Positions 61,601-64,000 of a DNA stretch of 64,000 nt are shown in pieces. A program made the position numbers and the translations under genes. Source of the DNA: Mobula hypostoma (taxonomy: Eukaryota); contig NC_086097.1 in assembly GCF_963921235.1 (NCBI RefSeq), forward strand, positions 211,732,001 through 211,796,000, in the 5' to 3' direction. Below the pieces are notes generated by a model that ran no database searches, had not been told where the DNA came from, and was given only the letters and a program-made list of their open reading frames with translations. Positions within the stretch are counted from its first letter, which is position 1, and each line of letters begins with the position of its first letter.

Positions 61601-63355
61601 ATCCTCAAAAAATTCCAGAAGATTAGTCAAGCACAATTTCCCCTTCGTAAATCCATGCTGACTTGGACCGATCCTGTTACTGCTATCCAGATGTGTCATA
61701 ATTTCATCTTTTACAATTGACTCCAGCATCTTTCCCACCACCGATGTCAGGCTAACCAGTCTATAATTCCCTGTTTACTCTCTTCCTCCCTTCTTGAGAG
61801 AGGGACAACATTAGTCACCCTCCAATCCATAAGAACTGATCCTGGATCTATAGAACATTGGAAAATGATTACCAATGCGTCCACGATTTCTAAAGCCACC
61901 TTCTTAAGTACCCTGGGCTGCAGACCATCAGGTCCCGGGGACTCATCAGTCTTCAGACCCAACAGCCTATCCAACACCATTTCCTGCCTAATATAAATGT
62001 CCTTCAATTCATCCATTACCCTAGGTCCTTTGGCCACTATTACATCTGGGAGATTGTTTGTGTCTTAGGAATAGTCAGCATGGCTTTGTCAAGGGCAGGT
62101 CATGCCTTACGAGCCTGATTGAATTTTTTGTGGATTTGACTAAACACATTGATGAAGGTAGAGGAGTAAATGTAGTGTATATGGATTTCAGCAAGGCATT
62201 TGATAAGGTACCCCATACAAGGCTTATTGAGAAAGTAAGGAGGCGTGGGATCCAAGGGGACATTGCTTTGTGGATCCAGAACTGGCTTGCCTACAGAAGG
62301 CAAAGAGTGGTTGTAGACGGGTCATATTCTGCACGGAGGTTGGTCACCAGTGGAGTGCCTCAGGGATCTGTTCTGGGACCCTTACTCTTCGTGATTTTTA
62401 TAAATGACCTGGATGAGGAAGTGGAGGGATGGGTTAGTAAGTTTGCTGATGACACAAAGGTTGGAGGTGTGGTGGATAGTGTGGAGGGCTGTCAGAGGTT
62501 ACAGCGGGACATTGATAGGATGTAAAACTGGGCTGAGAAGTGGCAGATAGAGTTCAACCCAGATAAGTGTGAAGTTCTTCATTTTGGTAGGTCAAATATG
62601 ATGGCAGAATATAGTAGTAATGGTAAGACTCTTGGCAATGTGGAGGATCAGAGGGATTTTGGGGTCTGAGTCCATAGGACGCTCAAAGCAGCTGCGCAGG
62701 TTGACTCTGTGGTTAAGAAACCATGTGATGCATTGGACTTCATCAATTGTGCGATTGAGTTTAAGAGCTGAGAGGTAATGTTGCAGCTATATAGGACCCT
62801 GGTCAGACCCTACTTGGAGTACTGTGCTCGGTTCTGGTCACCTCACTACAGGAAGGATGTGGAAACCATAGAAAGAGTGCAGAGGAGATTTACAAGCATG
62901 TTGCCTGGATTGGGGAGCATGCCTTAAGAGAATAGGTTGAGTGAATTCGACTTTCTTTCCTTGAAGCGACAGAGGATGAGAGGTGACCTGATAGAGGTGT
63001 ATAAGATGATGAGAGGCACTGATCGTGTGGATAGTCAGAGGCTTTTTCCCAGGGCTGAAATGGTTGCCATAAGAGGACACAGGTTTAAGGTGCTGGGGAG
63101 TAGGTACAGAGGAGATGTCAGGGGTAAGTTTTTTATGCAGAGAGTTGTGAGTGCATGGAATAGGCTATTGGCAACGGTGGTGGAGGCAGATATAATGGGG
63201 TCTTTAAAGAGACTTTTGGATAGGTACCTGGAGCTTAGAAAAGTAGAGGACTATAGGTTAGCCTAGTAATTTCTAAGGTAGGGACATGTTCAGCACAACT
63301 TTGTGAGCCGAAGGGCCTGTATTGTGCTGTAGGTTTTCTATGTTTCTATGTTTCT
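58680..63355 (+). mobile_element. Near-complete CR1 ORF2 (APE endonuclease and RT), disabled, interrupted by an antisense CR1
   Basis: [68 protein letters not shown]; tail (ttctatgt)n. Confidence 0.95.
60366..62065 (-). mobile_element. 5'-truncated CR1 (1.7 kb, RT and C-terminus) nested antisense
   Basis: ORFs 60452-61039, 61190-61741, 61747-62037; (tctattg)n tail; host reads NMIR|NSQHG across the insertion with a ttag duplication. Confidence 0.95.
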
Positions 63356-64000
63356 TTGTTAACACAGTTGGGGCTGACTTCAAACATCAGGTATCTGGAC
63401 TGTTCTCAATGTGGCAACGTGCTCAGGAGCAGGTCACTGACAGCATTCTGTGGGGACATTGAAACTCTCATCGGGTTATGTGAATGGGTATGGTCCACTA
63501 AATGCGATGCACCAAGCACAGCCAGTGATAGAAATCTCTGATACTGTTCACACGATGTGTAATGAATCTTGTTCAATTATGAACCAAAATATCTGTCCTT
63601 GGTGAAGCTGATAATGATGGATTATTGTTCTATTAATTTGCAAAGGTGTTCACATGGTTGTCTGACTGCAAACTCACAGATTGACTATCATTCAGATCAC
63701 CATCCAGCCATTATCATTGTGTGTCTTTAAGCTAAACTGTGTGAAAGGTGGGAAGGGAATGATAGTATGAATAGTATTTCAGCTGTATGCACATATAATA
63801 CCATTCTGCAACATTAGGATGGAAAAGGTTACACTTCACTGATTTCTGATGCGATCAGCACAAATGCCTGTGGTGTTTCTGTAGGCTACCTCATTAGAAA
63901 AGTTCCTACATCATGATGATAAATTTGTTTGGTTTGACAGAAAACACCCTCAGGGGGCCTGTAGAGGATATAGGAGATGGGGGCAGGTGGCTTGAAGTGT

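Noticed and set aside
1..64000. CRISPR array, operon, rRNA or true tRNA genes
   Set aside because: No regularly spaced repeat-spacer units or prokaryotic gene structure; tRNA-like segments are SINE heads.

Overview
This is vertebrate genomic DNA, most likely from a cartilaginous fish (shark or ray), judged from the repeat repertoire. It is an intronic or intergenic region made mostly of decayed transposable elements, and I cannot identify any host gene. Nearly all ORFs in the supplied track are transposon fragments or their antisense shadows. Content: (1) many CR1 LINE pieces, including a near-complete, disabled ORF2 at ~58.7-63.4 kb split by an antisense CR1, and ORF1 esterase and zinc-finger remnants; (2) Rex1/Babar-type LINE 3' ends, RTE and I/Nimb remnants; (3) tRNA-derived SINEs; (4) Tc1 and hAT-Charlie relics; (5) a solo LTR; (6) at least two families of Penelope-like elements (PLEs). 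The most notable signal is the PLE system. Several minimal type I hammerhead ribozyme cores are present (CTGAYGA...GAAAC-GTC). There is also a set of short, non-coding, fold-back PLE insertions flanked by 12-14 bp target-site duplications, in which only one arm carries a ~38-nt tail. One of these has an intact hammerhead in the loop of a 62-bp stem. Other leads are an unexplained ~72-nt hairpin at 58.4 kb, a few weak exon candidates and TE-free enhancer-like blocks. Boundaries of old repeats are approximate and family names come from motif recognition, not database searches.
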